Positions 1 to 9,502 are shown, counted from the stretch's first letter. The stretch is DNA of 64,000 nucleotides from an uncultured Candidatus Saccharibacteria bacterium (GCA_965231075.1 OZ246412.1:321587-385586), one strand, 5' to 3'. Numbers and translations: made by a program. The notes: a model not told the origin generated them from the sequence alone.

Positions 1-384
1 CTTTCCAGTTCCTTCAACTAAGGAAGTCTTAGTTTTGTATCCACTTTCCCGAGATTTCTCTCGACGTTATTATCTTACTACCCCTAATAAATTTTTCTTG
101 CGAAAAATTTACCAGGTTTGGGCTGTTCCCTTTTCGCTCGCCACTACTTGGGGAATTACTTTTATTCTCTGTTCCTTCGGCTACTGAAATGTTTTACTTC
201 GCCGAGTTCGCTCTCCGACGCAAGGTCGGAGTAATTCCAGTTTATTGGAATTGAGTTTCCTCATTCGGAGATTCCCGGATCATAGGTTGCTACACACCTC
301 CCCGAGACTTATCGCAGTTACGCCACGTCCTTCTTCGCCTTCTAGTGTCAAGGCATCCACCATATACCCTTACTAACCTGCTTA
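1..384 (-). rRNA. rrl: 23S rRNA, 5' part (continues beyond window start; 5' end approximate)
   Basis: Minus strand reads ...TAAGGGTATATGGTGGATGCCTTGACACTAGAAGGCGAAGAAGGACG... and AGTAGTGGCGAGCGAAA, which are conserved 23S domain I motifs. Confidence 0.95.
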
Positions 385-644
385 ATTTAGCTGGCAATTT
401 ATAGACATTACTACTTAGACTTTAATTGCTTTAATTTAACTAATTTTACTCGATATAAAATGCTTTATTTTTTTTGTTTACTTGATGTCGAAACATATTC
501 AGTTATCAAGGTTCAAGATTTTATGATTTAAAAAAACCGCTTTCTAGCGGTTCAAGTAACTTAAGGTATGAAAATACCTGGTTTCATCAACCGCCTGTTT
601 TCATAAATTGTTTTTGGTTTTTTCTCATAATTCTTTATGTTGTT

Positions 645-673
645 AGTTTATGCGAAAAAAAATAGCGTGTCAA
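645..673 (-). promoter_or_regulatory. sigma70-type promoter for the stand-alone 23S gene
   Basis: Minus strand TTGACA-17 nt-TAAACT about 260 nt upstream of 23S; boxA-like AACCTTGATAACTGAATA in the leader near 496-514. Confidence 0.7.
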
Positions 674-687
674 GCCCCAAACTAAAA

Positions 688-714
688 GGGCCGGAAACAA
701 AAGTTTCCGGCCCC
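688..714 (-). terminator. intrinsic terminator after 735..1403
   Basis: GGGCCGGAAAC/GTTTCCGGCCC hairpin followed by T-run on minus strand. Confidence 0.75.
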
Positions 715-734
715 TAAATATCTGTATAATTCAA

Positions 735-1403
735 TTATTTTTCAGTTAAATCGTTCTTGATTTTTTCTAGAGTTTTTTCGGCCATGTTCTTACCGCCCAG
801 TCCGAATGCTAGTCCGCCAGCGATTGCTAACATCGCAATAATTCCCATAACAATGGTTTGAATTAAAGTTGTGGCAATGCCTAGTTGCGTTAAAGCAATT
901 ATGAATCCAAAAATTAAAATTGCCCACTTTACAATTGTTCCAATGGTTGACGATGATTGTAATCCTGCCGCATCAGCGCTGGCTTGCACTAATTTTTGCA
1001 TAAACTTCGCAACAATTCCCGCGGCTAACAAAATAATTGCCGCCACAATCACGCTAGGAATATAATACAAAATACTTTGTAAAAACATCGTTACTTGCGT
1101 TAATCCCAAAATATCAACTGCGGTCATCAAGAATACGATGATTAAAAACCATTTCACAAGTTCTTCAAAAAACTTTGCTGAATCTAACTTGATTTTTGTT
1201 TTTGACAAAACTTTTGCAAAACCAATTTTTTCTAAAAGCGAATCTAATTTTATGGTTTTGATTAACTTGTTGATTAATTTACCAATAAAAATGGAAATTA
1301 ACCAACCCACAATAAAAACAATCAGGGCAGCAATTAAGGTTGGCAAAAAACCAATAACGCTTACCCAGACTTGTTTTAACGAATTCAATAAAATTTCGAT
1401 CAT
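735..1403 (-). CDS. small-conductance mechanosensitive channel TM-helix family protein (CmpX-like)
   Basis: Repeated 'P.li.A.i....G' TM units and C-terminal ALAFGLGGK-type motif. Confidence 0.75.
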   Translation of the reverse strand: MIEILLNSLKQVWVSVIGFLPTLIAALIVFIVGWLISIFIGKLINKLIKTIKLDSLLEKIGFAKVLSKTKIKLDSAKFFEELVKWFLIIVFLMTAVDILGLTQVTMFLQSILYYIPSVIVAAIILLAAGIVAKFMQKLVQASADAAGLQSSSTIGTIVKWAILIFGFIIALTQLGIATTLIQTIVMGIIAMLAIAGGLAFGLGGKNMAEKTLEKIKNDLTEK

Positions 1404-1411
1404 ATTGTTTG

Positions 1412-1460
1412 CCCTGTTAAATTCGCCTTTCGGCGACCCGCTTCGCGGGATTTAACGGGG
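1412..1460. repeat. REP-like element, CCCTGTTAAAT...ATTTAACGGGG arms enclosing two hairpins (copy 1)
   Basis: Same arms recur at 60789-60845. Confidence 0.7.
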
Positions 1461-1491
1461 TGAATTTAATTATTATCCCCTCCAAAATGAA

Positions 1492-2376
1492 TTATAGCAC
1501 ATATTGGATCATTAATCCAGCAAAAGCACTAATTCCAAAAAGCAAGGCTAAAATTTTAACTGCGTTTCTTTTATTTTTTTCTTCTTTAAACAAAATTAAT
1601 ATGCCCAGTCCGCCACCAGCACAAAGCCCAGAAATCATTGCTCCAAAAGTGATTATTTCTTTCAAATATAATTGAGCGATTAGAACCGATGACGCACAAT
1701 TAGGAATTAATCCAATTATTGCTGTTAAAAACGGTTGTAAAAATTTTTGTGTCGAGAAAAATTTGTAAAAATTTTCTTCTCCAATTAAAGAAATTAAAGC
1801 GCCGATTAGAAATGAAGCGCAAAATATAAAAAGAAAAATTTTCAACGTGTGAATTATGGGGTGCGAAAAATTAATTTTACTATGTCCACAACAGGCATGT
1901 TTGTCTACTGTTAATTCGTGATGATGTGTTTTGTCGTCGGTACCGTGTTTATAATTTTCGATATGAGTTAAAATGTTTTGATTGTGCTTTTTAAAAACAA
2001 AATCAATAAAATATCCGGCAATGAAGGCAATTACAATTTTTGTTAAAATCAATGGAAAAATTATTTTTGTCTTTTCGGGTTGAGATAAAATCACGGGAAT
2101 TGCTTCATCAGACGTGGATAAATAAACCGCCAACAATGTTCCAATCGTGATTAATCTTTGATTGTATAGTGCGGTAGCAATAACCGAAAATCCGCATTGC
2201 GGAAAACTCCCAGCAATTGATCCAATCGCTGGACCGGCTTTCCCGGCGTTTTGCATCTTTTCGCGAATTCTATTGCCAAATTTATATTCCACTAATTCAA
2301 TCGCAACATAAACCACCAACAGCAATGGAATCATTTTTGCACTATCAATCAATGCGTCTTTAAAAATCTCAAACAT
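1492..2376 (-). CDS. putative multi-TM heavy-metal (Mn/As-type) transporter
   Basis: PQCGFS, STSDEA and PNCASS motifs; His/Cys-rich central loop. Confidence 0.7.
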   Translation of the reverse strand: MFEIFKDALIDSAKMIPLLLVVYVAIELVEYKFGNRIREKMQNAGKAGPAIGSIAGSFPQCGFSVIATALYNQRLITIGTLLAVYLSTSDEAIPVILSQPEKTKIIFPLILTKIVIAFIAGYFIDFVFKKHNQNILTHIENYKHGTDDKTHHHELTVDKHACCGHSKINFSHPIIHTLKIFLFIFCASFLIGALISLIGEENFYKFFSTQKFLQPFLTAIIGLIPNCASSVLIAQLYLKEIITFGAMISGLCAGGGLGILILFKEEKNKRNAVKILALLFGISAFAGLMIQYVL

Positions 2377-2414
2377 ATAGTCATATTATATATTAATAAA
2401 TGTTTTGTAAAACA

Positions 2415-2464
2415 TTGACAAATTCTGTGTATATGTTATAATTAGGTCAATACCAAAAGGAGGT
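2415..2464 (+). promoter_or_regulatory. sigma70 promoter plus SD of cassette 1
   Basis: TTGACA 2415-2420, TG-t-TATAAT 2437-2442, AAGGAGGT 2457-2464. Confidence 0.8.
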
Positions 2465-2469
2465 ATCGC

Positions 2470-3219
2470 GTGAAAAAAACATTTGCTCTCTTTATCTTCG
2501 TTCTTCTGGTGTTCTCTGGAGCGGTTGCTCAGCAATTCCCAAAGAACACGGGCATGGTCAACGATTTTGCTAACATCATTCCTGATGATGTTCAGCAACA
2601 ACTCGAAGAAAACCTGAGAGAATTCAACGGTAAAACGTCGATTGAAATTGCCGTGGTAACGGTAAATTCTCTGGACGGCATGGTCATCGAAGACTACGCC
2701 GCAAGGCTCTTCAAAGAGTGGGGCATTGGCAAAAAAGACAACGATAACGGCGTTTTATTTCTCGTTGCAATGCGGGAGAAAAAAATGCGAATCGAAACCG
2801 GTTACGGTATCGAACCATTTTTAACCGATGCAACTTGCGGCAGGATAATCAATGACCAAATCGTACCGATCTTCAAGAGCGGCGCATACGCTTCGGGCAT
2901 TGCCCTAGGAATAAAAAAAATCATTGAAAAACTCGAGCAAGCCCACACAGAAGAACCTGAAGCACTGACTTCCGGCGACAAAAAAGTGAGGACGTTTAAA
3001 AATAACAGCGAAGTGGTTCTTATTGTCGTTCTCGTAATATTGTTGCTTGTTATAGTCGTGTTCGTTGCCTGGTTTGATGATGGCACGGGCGGTTCTAACG
3101 ATTCCGGCGGGGGGTTCATCAGTGGTAGTGGCTTTTCTTCGGGAGGTTCCGACTCTGGCGGAGGATTCAGCTTTGGTGGTGGATCGTCCGGAGGCGGAGG
3201 AGCCAGTGGTGGTTGGTAA
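2470..3219 (+). CDS. TPM-domain (YgcG-like) membrane protein
   Basis: Signal peptide, VNDFANII...WGIGKK.NDNGVLF...RIETGYG.E motif, TM helix, Gly/Ser tail ending GGGASGGW. Confidence 0.9.
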   Translation: MKKTFALFIFVLLVFSGAVAQQFPKNTGMVNDFANIIPDDVQQQLEENLREFNGKTSIEIAVVTVNSLDGMVIEDYAARLFKEWGIGKKDNDNGVLFLVAMREKKMRIETGYGIEPFLTDATCGRIINDQIVPIFKSGAYASGIALGIKKIIEKLEQAHTEEPEALTSGDKKVRTFKNNSEVVLIVVLVILLLVIVVFVAWFDDGTGGSNDSGGGFISGSGFSSGGSDSGGGFSFGGGSSGGGGASGGW

Positions 3220-3233
3220 GTATTTAGAACGTT

Positions 3234-3270
3234 TAGGGGAAATCGCTTCGGCGATCTCCCCTATTTTTTT
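3234..3270 (+). terminator. intrinsic terminator of cassette 1
   Basis: TAGGGGAAATCGC-TTCG-GCGATCTCCCCTA followed by T8. Confidence 0.85.
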
Positions 3271-3325
3271 CTCGACCTTACGTTGGGATTTTGTCTTTAG
3301 ATTTTTGGCATGATAGAATCAATTT

Positions 3326-4666
3326 ATGGAAAATTATAAAGAATATTTCAAGAACAAAAAAATCATCATTATGGGACTCGGGCTACTTGGCCGAGGCATT
3401 GGCGTGGCAAAATTTTTGGCAAAACATGGCGCCGAACTTTTAATCACTGACTTGAAAACTGAACAACAGCTCGCTTCTTCCTTAAAACAACTCAAAAAAT
3501 TTAAAAACATTAAATATATTTTGGGTCAACATCGCATTGAAGATTTTCAACAAGGAGATATGTTAATCAAGGCCGCAGGGGTTCCGTTGGATTCAATTTA
3601 TCTTGCCGAGGCAAGAAAAAACAATATTCCCATCGAAATGGATGCTTCCTTGTTTGCTAAATTTACTAAAGCAAAAATTATTGGCATCACTGGCACGCGT
3701 GGAAAATCAACCGTAACACAAATGATTTATCATGGGCTGAAAAAATATTACAGAAAAGGAAATGTATTTTTGGGTGGAAATGTACGTGGACTTGCGACTT
3801 TGCCACTACTCGAAAAAGTTAAAGATAATGATGTTGTTGTTCTCGAGTTAGATTCTTGGCAATTACAAGGTTTTGGCGAAGCCAAAATTAGCCCACAGAT
3901 TGCCGTATTTACAACTTTTATGAACGACCACATGAATTACTATAAAAATGACATGCAAAGATATTTTGACGACAAGGCAAAAATTTTCGAACACCAAACC
4001 GAAAAAGATTTTCTAGTAATCAGTGAACAAGCGATGTTACAAATTAAAAAAAGGACCCAATACGGAAAAATAAAAAGTAAAATAACCGTTGTAAATGAGG
4101 ATGCAATTAGAAACCTAAAAACTAAATTAATTGGTGAACACAACAAAACTAATATTGCTTTAGCGGTTGAAGTTCTAAAATTAATGAAATTAAATCAAAA
4201 GCAAATTAAACAAGCAATTGCCACTTATCCTGGTGAGCCCGGACGATTACAAATGATTTTAAAAAGAAATGGAGTTGCTTATTACAACGACAATAATGCT
4301 ACTTCACCTGACGCTTGCGTAGCTGCCTTAAATTCTCTTTATAAAAACGAAAAAAATATTGTTTTGATTTGTGGTGGAGCTGACAAGGAATTTAATTTTA
4401 ATGATATGTTAGAAGTTATCGCCAATACAACTAAAAATGTTGTATTCATAAAAGGCACAGCAACTGATAAGATTTTAAATATTTTGCCGAAAGACTTTCC
4501 TGAATATGTTGTTGTTGATTCAATGCCATTGGCAGTTAAAGAAGCGAGAAAATCTGTTAAAAAAGGAGACGTTATTTTATTGTCTCCTGGTGCCGCATCA
4601 TTTGGTGTTTTCAAAAACGAATACGACCGCAATGATCAATTTGTAAAATACGTTAAAAAATATTGA
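3326..4666 (+). CDS. murD: UDP-N-acetylmuramoyl-L-alanine--D-glutamate ligase
   Basis: GITGTRGKST P-loop, LELDSWQL, DHMNYY, LSPGAASFG.FKNEYDR. Confidence 0.93.
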   Translation: MENYKEYFKNKKIIIMGLGLLGRGIGVAKFLAKHGAELLITDLKTEQQLASSLKQLKKFKNIKYILGQHRIEDFQQGDMLIKAAGVPLDSIYLAEARKNNIPIEMDASLFAKFTKAKIIGITGTRGKSTVTQMIYHGLKKYYRKGNVFLGGNVRGLATLPLLEKVKDNDVVVLELDSWQLQGFGEAKISPQIAVFTTFMNDHMNYYKNDMQRYFDDKAKIFEHQTEKDFLVISEQAMLQIKKRTQYGKIKSKITVVNEDAIRNLKTKLIGEHNKTNIALAVEVLKLMKLNQKQIKQAIATYPGEPGRLQMILKRNGVAYYNDNNATSPDACVAALNSLYKNEKNIVLICGGADKEFNFNDMLEVIANTTKNVVFIKGTATDKILNILPKDFPEYVVVDSMPLAVKEARKSVKKGDVILLSPGAASFGVFKNEYDRNDQFVKYVKKY

Positions 4667-4719
4667 CAAATATCGCATATTATGATAAAATAAAGTAGTT
4701 CGAATCAATTAGAGGAGGT
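4663..4719 (+). promoter_or_regulatory. sigma70 promoter plus SD of cassette 2
   Basis: TTGACA 4663-4668 (contains murD TGA stop), 17 nt, TAAAAT 4686-4691; AGGAGGT 4713-4719. Confidence 0.8.
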
Positions 4720-4723
4720 TCGT

Positions 4724-5017
4724 TTGATCGAACAACTGTGTGCTGTTTTCTCTGTTTCGGACGTGGTGGCGCAAGTGATCGGGTCGGTCAAGACCTGGAT
4801 CATCAAGATGGATCGGGCGTTCTTGCGTAAGGACCCCTTTCTACTGCTGACGGCGGTATCCTATGTCGTCGCGATGGCTATCGGGACGATGACGGGGCTG
4901 CTGTTCAGCAACGAACTCACCCAATTCATCGTCTTCTTATCGGCGTGGTTGGTGGTGTTCGTGGGCTTGGGCGTCACCTATTGGTTTTTCTTCGCCAAGC
5001 TGGCGCGGAAAAACTAG
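4724..5017 (+). CDS. small GC-rich membrane protein, unknown function
   Basis: Two hydrophobic segments; own promoter, SD and terminator. Confidence 0.7.
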   Translation: MIEQLCAVFSVSDVVAQVIGSVKTWIIKMDRAFLRKDPFLLLTAVSYVVAMAIGTMTGLLFSNELTQFIVFLSAWLVVFVGLGVTYWFFFAKLARKN

Positions 5018-5033
5018 ACAGAGAGCGGACAAA

Positions 5034-5063
5034 GGCCGAGTGGGAAACCACTCGGCCTATTTT
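5034..5063 (+). terminator. intrinsic terminator of cassette 2
   Basis: AGGCCGAGTGG-GAAA-CCACTCGGCCT then T-rich tail. Confidence 0.85.
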
Positions 5064-5103
5064 ATTTTGCTAACGCATATTTAAAATGTTAAAATTTAAA
5101 CTT

Positions 5104-6396
5104 ATGCTAGATCACGTTAAAAAAATACATTTTATTGGGGTTGGAGGCGTGGGAGTTTCGGCAATTGCCAGAATGGCCCGACTTAAAGGCATAAAAGTTA
5201 CCGGCTCTGATGTTTCCATGAATAAAATGGCCGAAAGAATTCAAACCATTCACGGCAAAATTTTTATTGGTCACAAGCGCGAAAATTTACCCCAAGACAC
5301 TGATATGGTTGTTTATTCCCCCGCCATAACCGAAGATAATCCCGAAATGATTTACGCTAAAGAATTAAACATTCCCACCTATTCATATCCCGAAATTCTA
5401 GGAATAATTTCTAAGGACATGCACACAATTGCCGTTTCCGGAACTCACGGCAAAACTACCACCACTTCCATGCTTGCGGAATTATTTATTTATGGAAATT
5501 TAGATCCCACAGTTGTTGTTGGGGGTCTTTTAAAAAAACAAGAAGATAATTTTGTTTTGGGAAGCAGTAAACACTTTATTGTTGAGGCCTGCGAATATAA
5601 GGAGTCGTTTCTGAACTTAACTCCCAATATTTTAATAATTTTAAACATTGATAATGATCATTTAGATTATTATGGGACAATTGAAAATGTTAAAACCGCA
5701 TTCAAAAAATTAATCGAAAAAGTGCCCGATGACGGATATATAATTTACAACGGAGATGACGAAAATGTTTTAGATGTCTTGGGTAATGCAAGTACAAATG
5801 CTAAAAAATTAAATTATTTAGACGTAAAAGCCGAAATTAAACTTTCTGTTCCTGGCGAACATAATTTAAAAAATGCCAAAGCCGCATTTACGGTTGCGAG
5901 ATTAAACGGAATCACAGAAAATGTGGCCTTAAAAATTTTAAAAAATTATACCGGCACTTGGCGCAGGTTTGATTTTATGGGAAACACAAAAACTGGCGCT
6001 TTAATTTATAACGATTATGGCCATCATCCCACAGAAATTAAAGCGACTATTGCTGCAGCAGAACAATTATATTACGATAATAGAATTTTTGTTGTCTTTC
6101 AGCCACATTTATTTTCACGCACAAAACTTTTATTAAACGATTTCGCAACTGCTTTTGATTTGGCGGATGAAGTAATTATCACCGATATTTATGCTGCCAG
6201 AGAAAAAGATGATCACTCAATCCATGCTAAAGATTTAGTTGATGCGATAAATAAAAAAATCATTAAAGCAAAATACGTTAATGATTTTGATAATATTAAA
6301 AAATATTTAGAACTTAAAGCACAAAAAGACGACATCATCCTCCTCCAGGGCGCGGGGGATGTTTACAAGATTGGAGAAGAAATTGTAAAAAAATAA
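5104..6396 (+). CDS. murC: UDP-N-acetylmuramate--L-alanine ligase
   Basis: HFIGVGGVGVS, GTHGKTTTTS, EACEY, DYGHHPTEI, FQPH; start moved to ATG 5104 (8 nt after TAAAAT). Confidence 0.95.
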   Translation: MLDHVKKIHFIGVGGVGVSAIARMARLKGIKVTGSDVSMNKMAERIQTIHGKIFIGHKRENLPQDTDMVVYSPAITEDNPEMIYAKELNIPTYSYPEILGIISKDMHTIAVSGTHGKTTTTSMLAELFIYGNLDPTVVVGGLLKKQEDNFVLGSSKHFIVEACEYKESFLNLTPNILIILNIDNDHLDYYGTIENVKTAFKKLIEKVPDDGYIIYNGDDENVLDVLGNASTNAKKLNYLDVKAEIKLSVPGEHNLKNAKAAFTVARLNGITENVALKILKNYTGTWRRFDFMGNTKTGALIYNDYGHHPTEIKATIAAAEQLYYDNRIFVVFQPHLFSRTKLLLNDFATAFDLADEVIITDIYAAREKDDHSIHAKDLVDAINKKIIKAKYVNDFDNIKKYLELKAQKDDIILLQGAGDVYKIGEEIVKK

Positions 6397-6398
6397 AT

Positions 6399-7418
6399 TT
6401 ATTTAATACCCTCTCCGCCGAACCATTTTTTGTATAGCGTGTCGTAAAGTCCGCTCTCTTGGACAGTTAAGATTGCACGATTTATTTTCTCTCTTAATGG
6501 GCTGTTGTTTTCTAGAACAAAACCGTAATCTTGTTTATCAAATAACTCTCCTACAATTTTAACTTTTCCCGCTCCTTCATTAAGGGCATAATATTCTAAA
6601 ATTGGTGCATCAAACACAACGACTTCAACTTCGTTGTTTTTTAATTTTTCGTATGCTTCTTCTATCTTAATCACAGGTACAATTATCGCTCCCAAACTTT
6701 TTAATACCGGTTCAGTGGTTGTCCCTTGGACCGTAGCAACAACTTTTCCCGACAAATCTTTGGGGCCCTCGATATTAAGTTTTATTTTTCTGGTTGTTAA
6801 AAATGCCGTAAATTGTCCGATAATCAACCCTAGCGCAGCCAGTTTAACTAATTGTCCGAATTGAACAACAATAAACCCCGCCCAAGATTGAACCTTGTAA
6901 ACTGTTATCATTGCCGGAGAACCAAGAATCATTGATAAAGAAAACCAAATTGCCTGAAAAATTCCTGGAAAATACGTTTTTGAAAATGTTTCGGCACTTT
7001 TTTCTGTTAACCACAACACATTACCAAAAACAATAATTATTAGAGCCAAAAGAAGTATTGGTTTTAATAATTTTTTATATCCTTGTGTAAAAAATGTCTT
7101 TATCGTACTACCAATATTTACTCTCGATCTGTCTTTTGACAACAGAATACGCAACCCGGAATGAAAGGTTGCGTGTGAAAAATCAATAACTTCTTCGCGT
7201 TTCTCGTTAATCGTTATCGAAGCCATAGCAATGTCTGCCTTTTTGTCGGCAACAAGTGGAATCAATTCTTGAAAATTATATTTGCTATATTCAAAATCTG
7301 TTTGGATTTCCTTGGCAATCATTTCCCATAATTCAATTTCAAACCCAGAATATTTTCCATCTTTCTCAAAAACGAAAGGAGAAAGATTTGTCACCGCGAT
7401 TTTTAATTTATTTGTCAT
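6399..7418 (-). CDS. amino-acid-binding (SBP family 3) domain split by TM segments; GluR0/iGluR-like architecture
   Basis: S1 (SGFEIELW, ITINEKREEVIDFS), TM-pore-TM, S2 (DAPILEY, YGFVL, LYKKWF). Confidence 0.8.
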   Translation of the reverse strand: MTNKLKIAVTNLSPFVFEKDGKYSGFEIELWEMIAKEIQTDFEYSKYNFQELIPLVADKKADIAMASITINEKREEVIDFSHATFHSGLRILLSKDRSRVNIGSTIKTFFTQGYKKLLKPILLLALIIIVFGNVLWLTEKSAETFSKTYFPGIFQAIWFSLSMILGSPAMITVYKVQSWAGFIVVQFGQLVKLAALGLIIGQFTAFLTTRKIKLNIEGPKDLSGKVVATVQGTTTEPVLKSLGAIIVPVIKIEEAYEKLKNNEVEVVVFDAPILEYYALNEGAGKVKIVGELFDKQDYGFVLENNSPLREKINRAILTVQESGLYDTLYKKWFGGEGIK

Positions 7419-7440
7419 ATACATTTATTATATCATAAAC

Positions 7441-7467
7441 AAAAAAATCCCGTAATGTGGGATTTTT
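7441..7467 (-). terminator. terminator after tRNA-Ala
   Basis: AAAAATCCC/GGGATTTTT hairpin with T-run on minus strand. Confidence 0.7.
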
Positions 7468-7470
7468 AAG

Positions 7471-7544
7471 TGGTGGACCATAGGAGAATCGAACTCCTGT
7501 CCTCCGGATGCAAACCGGGAGCTCTACCACTAAGCTAATGGCCC
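7471..7544 (-). tRNA. tRNA-Ala(TGC), CCA encoded
   Basis: GGGCCATTAGCTTAGTGGTAGAGC...TTGCA...GTTCGATTC...GGTCCACCA cloverleaf. Confidence 0.95.
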
Positions 7545-7556
7545 TCAAATAAAATT

Positions 7557-7630
7557 TGCGCGTGCATGGACTCGAACCATGGACCTCGTCATTATCAGTG
7601 ACGCGCTCTAACCGCCTGAGCTACACGCGC
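7557..7630 (-). tRNA. tRNA-Ile(GAT), CCA not encoded
   Basis: GCGCGTGTAGCTCAG...CGTCA-CTGATAA-TGACG...GGTTCGAGTCC...CACGCGCA. Confidence 0.95.
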
Positions 7631-7638
7631 GAAAAATC

Positions 7639-7797
7639 TTAGGCCTTGCCTAAAATTTTAAACATTCCTGTTCCACAAACTGGACAAACACCTTTTAATG
7701 CTCTTCTGTCCCCTCCCTTTCCTTTCATTTTAACTTCTTTGGCGTCTTTCATTTCTTGTTTTGCTCTACACTTAACACAATATGCAATATCTGCCAT
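7639..7797 (-). CDS. 52-aa zinc-ribbon protein (DUF5679-like), below ORF-track cutoff
   Basis: MADIAYCVKCRAKQEMKDAKEVKMKGKGGDRRALKGVCPVCGTGMFKILGKA; CxxC...CPxCG. Confidence 0.85.
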   Translation of the reverse strand: MADIAYCVKCRAKQEMKDAKEVKMKGKGGDRRALKGVCPVCGTGMFKILGKA

Positions 7798-7872
7798 AAA
7801 AATAAAATTTATTAATTATTAATAAACTTACTTTATTATACAGCTAAAATAATAATAAAATCAAGCACAAAT

Positions 7873-7901
7873 AAAAAAATCGTCTAATAGACGATTTTTT
7901 T
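7873..7901 (-). terminator. terminator downstream of 16S
   Basis: AAAAAAATCGTCT-AAT-AGACGATTTTTTT perfect inverted repeat. Confidence 0.75.
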
Positions 7902-8029
7902 ATTTCGAATTCTTTATGGTTTTCCCGATACTTATTATTTGTTTAGTACAAATAATTAAAAAACTTTTTATGTTACTGCCTTATCGGCAAATAATCGACT
8001 CTTACTTAATAAATTTTATTTACTAAGTA

Positions 8030-9502
8030 AAAATATTTTCCATCCACAGGTTCCCCTACGGATGCCTTGTTATGACTTCACCCTAGTCACCGAATTTACC
8101 TTAGGACTCTGAAATCAGAGCACGTCAGGTACTCCCGGCTTCTCTGGTGTGACAGGCGGTGAGTACAAAGCTTGAGAACGTATTCACCGCAGCGTAGCTG
8201 ATCTGCGATTACTAGCGATTCCGGCTTCATGGGGTCGAATTGCAGACCCCAATCCGAACTGGGGCCGATTTTGATGAGATTGGCTCCATCTTACGACTTG
8301 GCGACTCATTGTATCGGCCATTGTAGCGCCTGTGTTGCCCAGGGTATCAAAGGGCCATGCTGATTTGGCGTCATCCCTACCTTCCTCCTCGTATCACGAG
8401 GCAGTCTTGTCTGACACTTATAACAGACAACAGGGGTTGCGCTTGTTACCCGAATTAACGGAGCAACTCACGCCACAAGCTGACGACAACCATGCAGCAC
8501 CTGTTCTAGTGTCCTTGTAGAAGACCCGACTTTCATCAGGCTTTCACTAGAATTTCAAACCCTGGTAAGGTTCTCCGCTTACCGTCGAATTAAACCAGAC
8601 GCTCCACCGCTTGTGCAAGCTCCCGTCTATTCCTTTGAGTTTTAGTCTTGCGACCGTACTTCCCAGGCGGAGTACTTAACGCGTTAGCTTCGTCACCTGA
8701 AGGGTCGATACTTCAGACAACTAGTACTCATAGTTTAGGGCGTGGACTACAAGGGTATCTAATCCTTTTTGCTCCCCACGCTTTCGTCTCTCAGGGTCAG
8801 AAATGCACCAGCCAAATGCCTTCGCCTTTGGTATTCCCTAAGGTATCAACGGATTTCACCCCTACTCCTTAAGTTCTATTGGCCTCTCACACTCTCTAGT
8901 CTGACCGTTTCCCCTGCAGTTTCGATGTTGAGCATCGAAATTTAACAGAAGACGTATCAAACGCCCTACAGACGCTTTACGCCCAGTAATTCCGGACAAC
9001 GCTTGGGGTACTCGTATTACCGCTGCTGCTGGCACGAGTTTAGCAACCCCTTATTCATAGAGTACACTCAAAAATTGCTCCTCTATAAAAGTACTTTACA
9101 TCCCGAAGGACTTCTTCATACACGCGGCGTCGCTCCATCAGACTTTCGTCCATTGTGGAAGATTCTCGACTGCAGCCTCCCGTAGGAGTAAGGCCCGTAT
9201 CTCAGTGCCATCGTTGGGGAACACGCTCTCACGCCCCCTACCCGTCATCGCCTTGGTAAGCCATTACCTTACCAACTAGCTGATAGGACGCAGGCCACTC
9301 TCTCACCATCTTATCTTGCGATAAGACTTTACTCTTGCGAGACCATCGGAAATTATCTTGCCTTTCGGCAAGTTATGTCCGAGTCAGAGGGATGTACCTA
9401 CGTATTACTAACTCGTTCGCCATGGGTCTAAACCCATTCGACTTGCATGCCTAATCCACGCCGCCAGCGTTCGTCCTGAGCTAGGATCAAACTCTCAATA
9501 AA
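8030..9502 (-). rRNA. rrs: 16S rRNA (ends approximate), lacking the anti-SD tail
   Basis: AGAGTTTGATCCTAGCTCAG at 5' end, CCTACGGGAGGCTGCAG, GTGCCAGCAGCAGCGGTAA, h45 GGGGAACCTGTGGATGG followed by AAAATATTTT. Confidence 0.97.

Noticed and set aside
8332-9185. Short ORFs 8332..8520, 8648..8872 and 9003..9185
   Set aside because: Antisense to 16S rRNA; typical spurious calls
8030-9502. Intron or insertion in 16S, as is common in CPR
   Set aside because: Length is ~1.47 kb and conserved motifs follow at normal spacing
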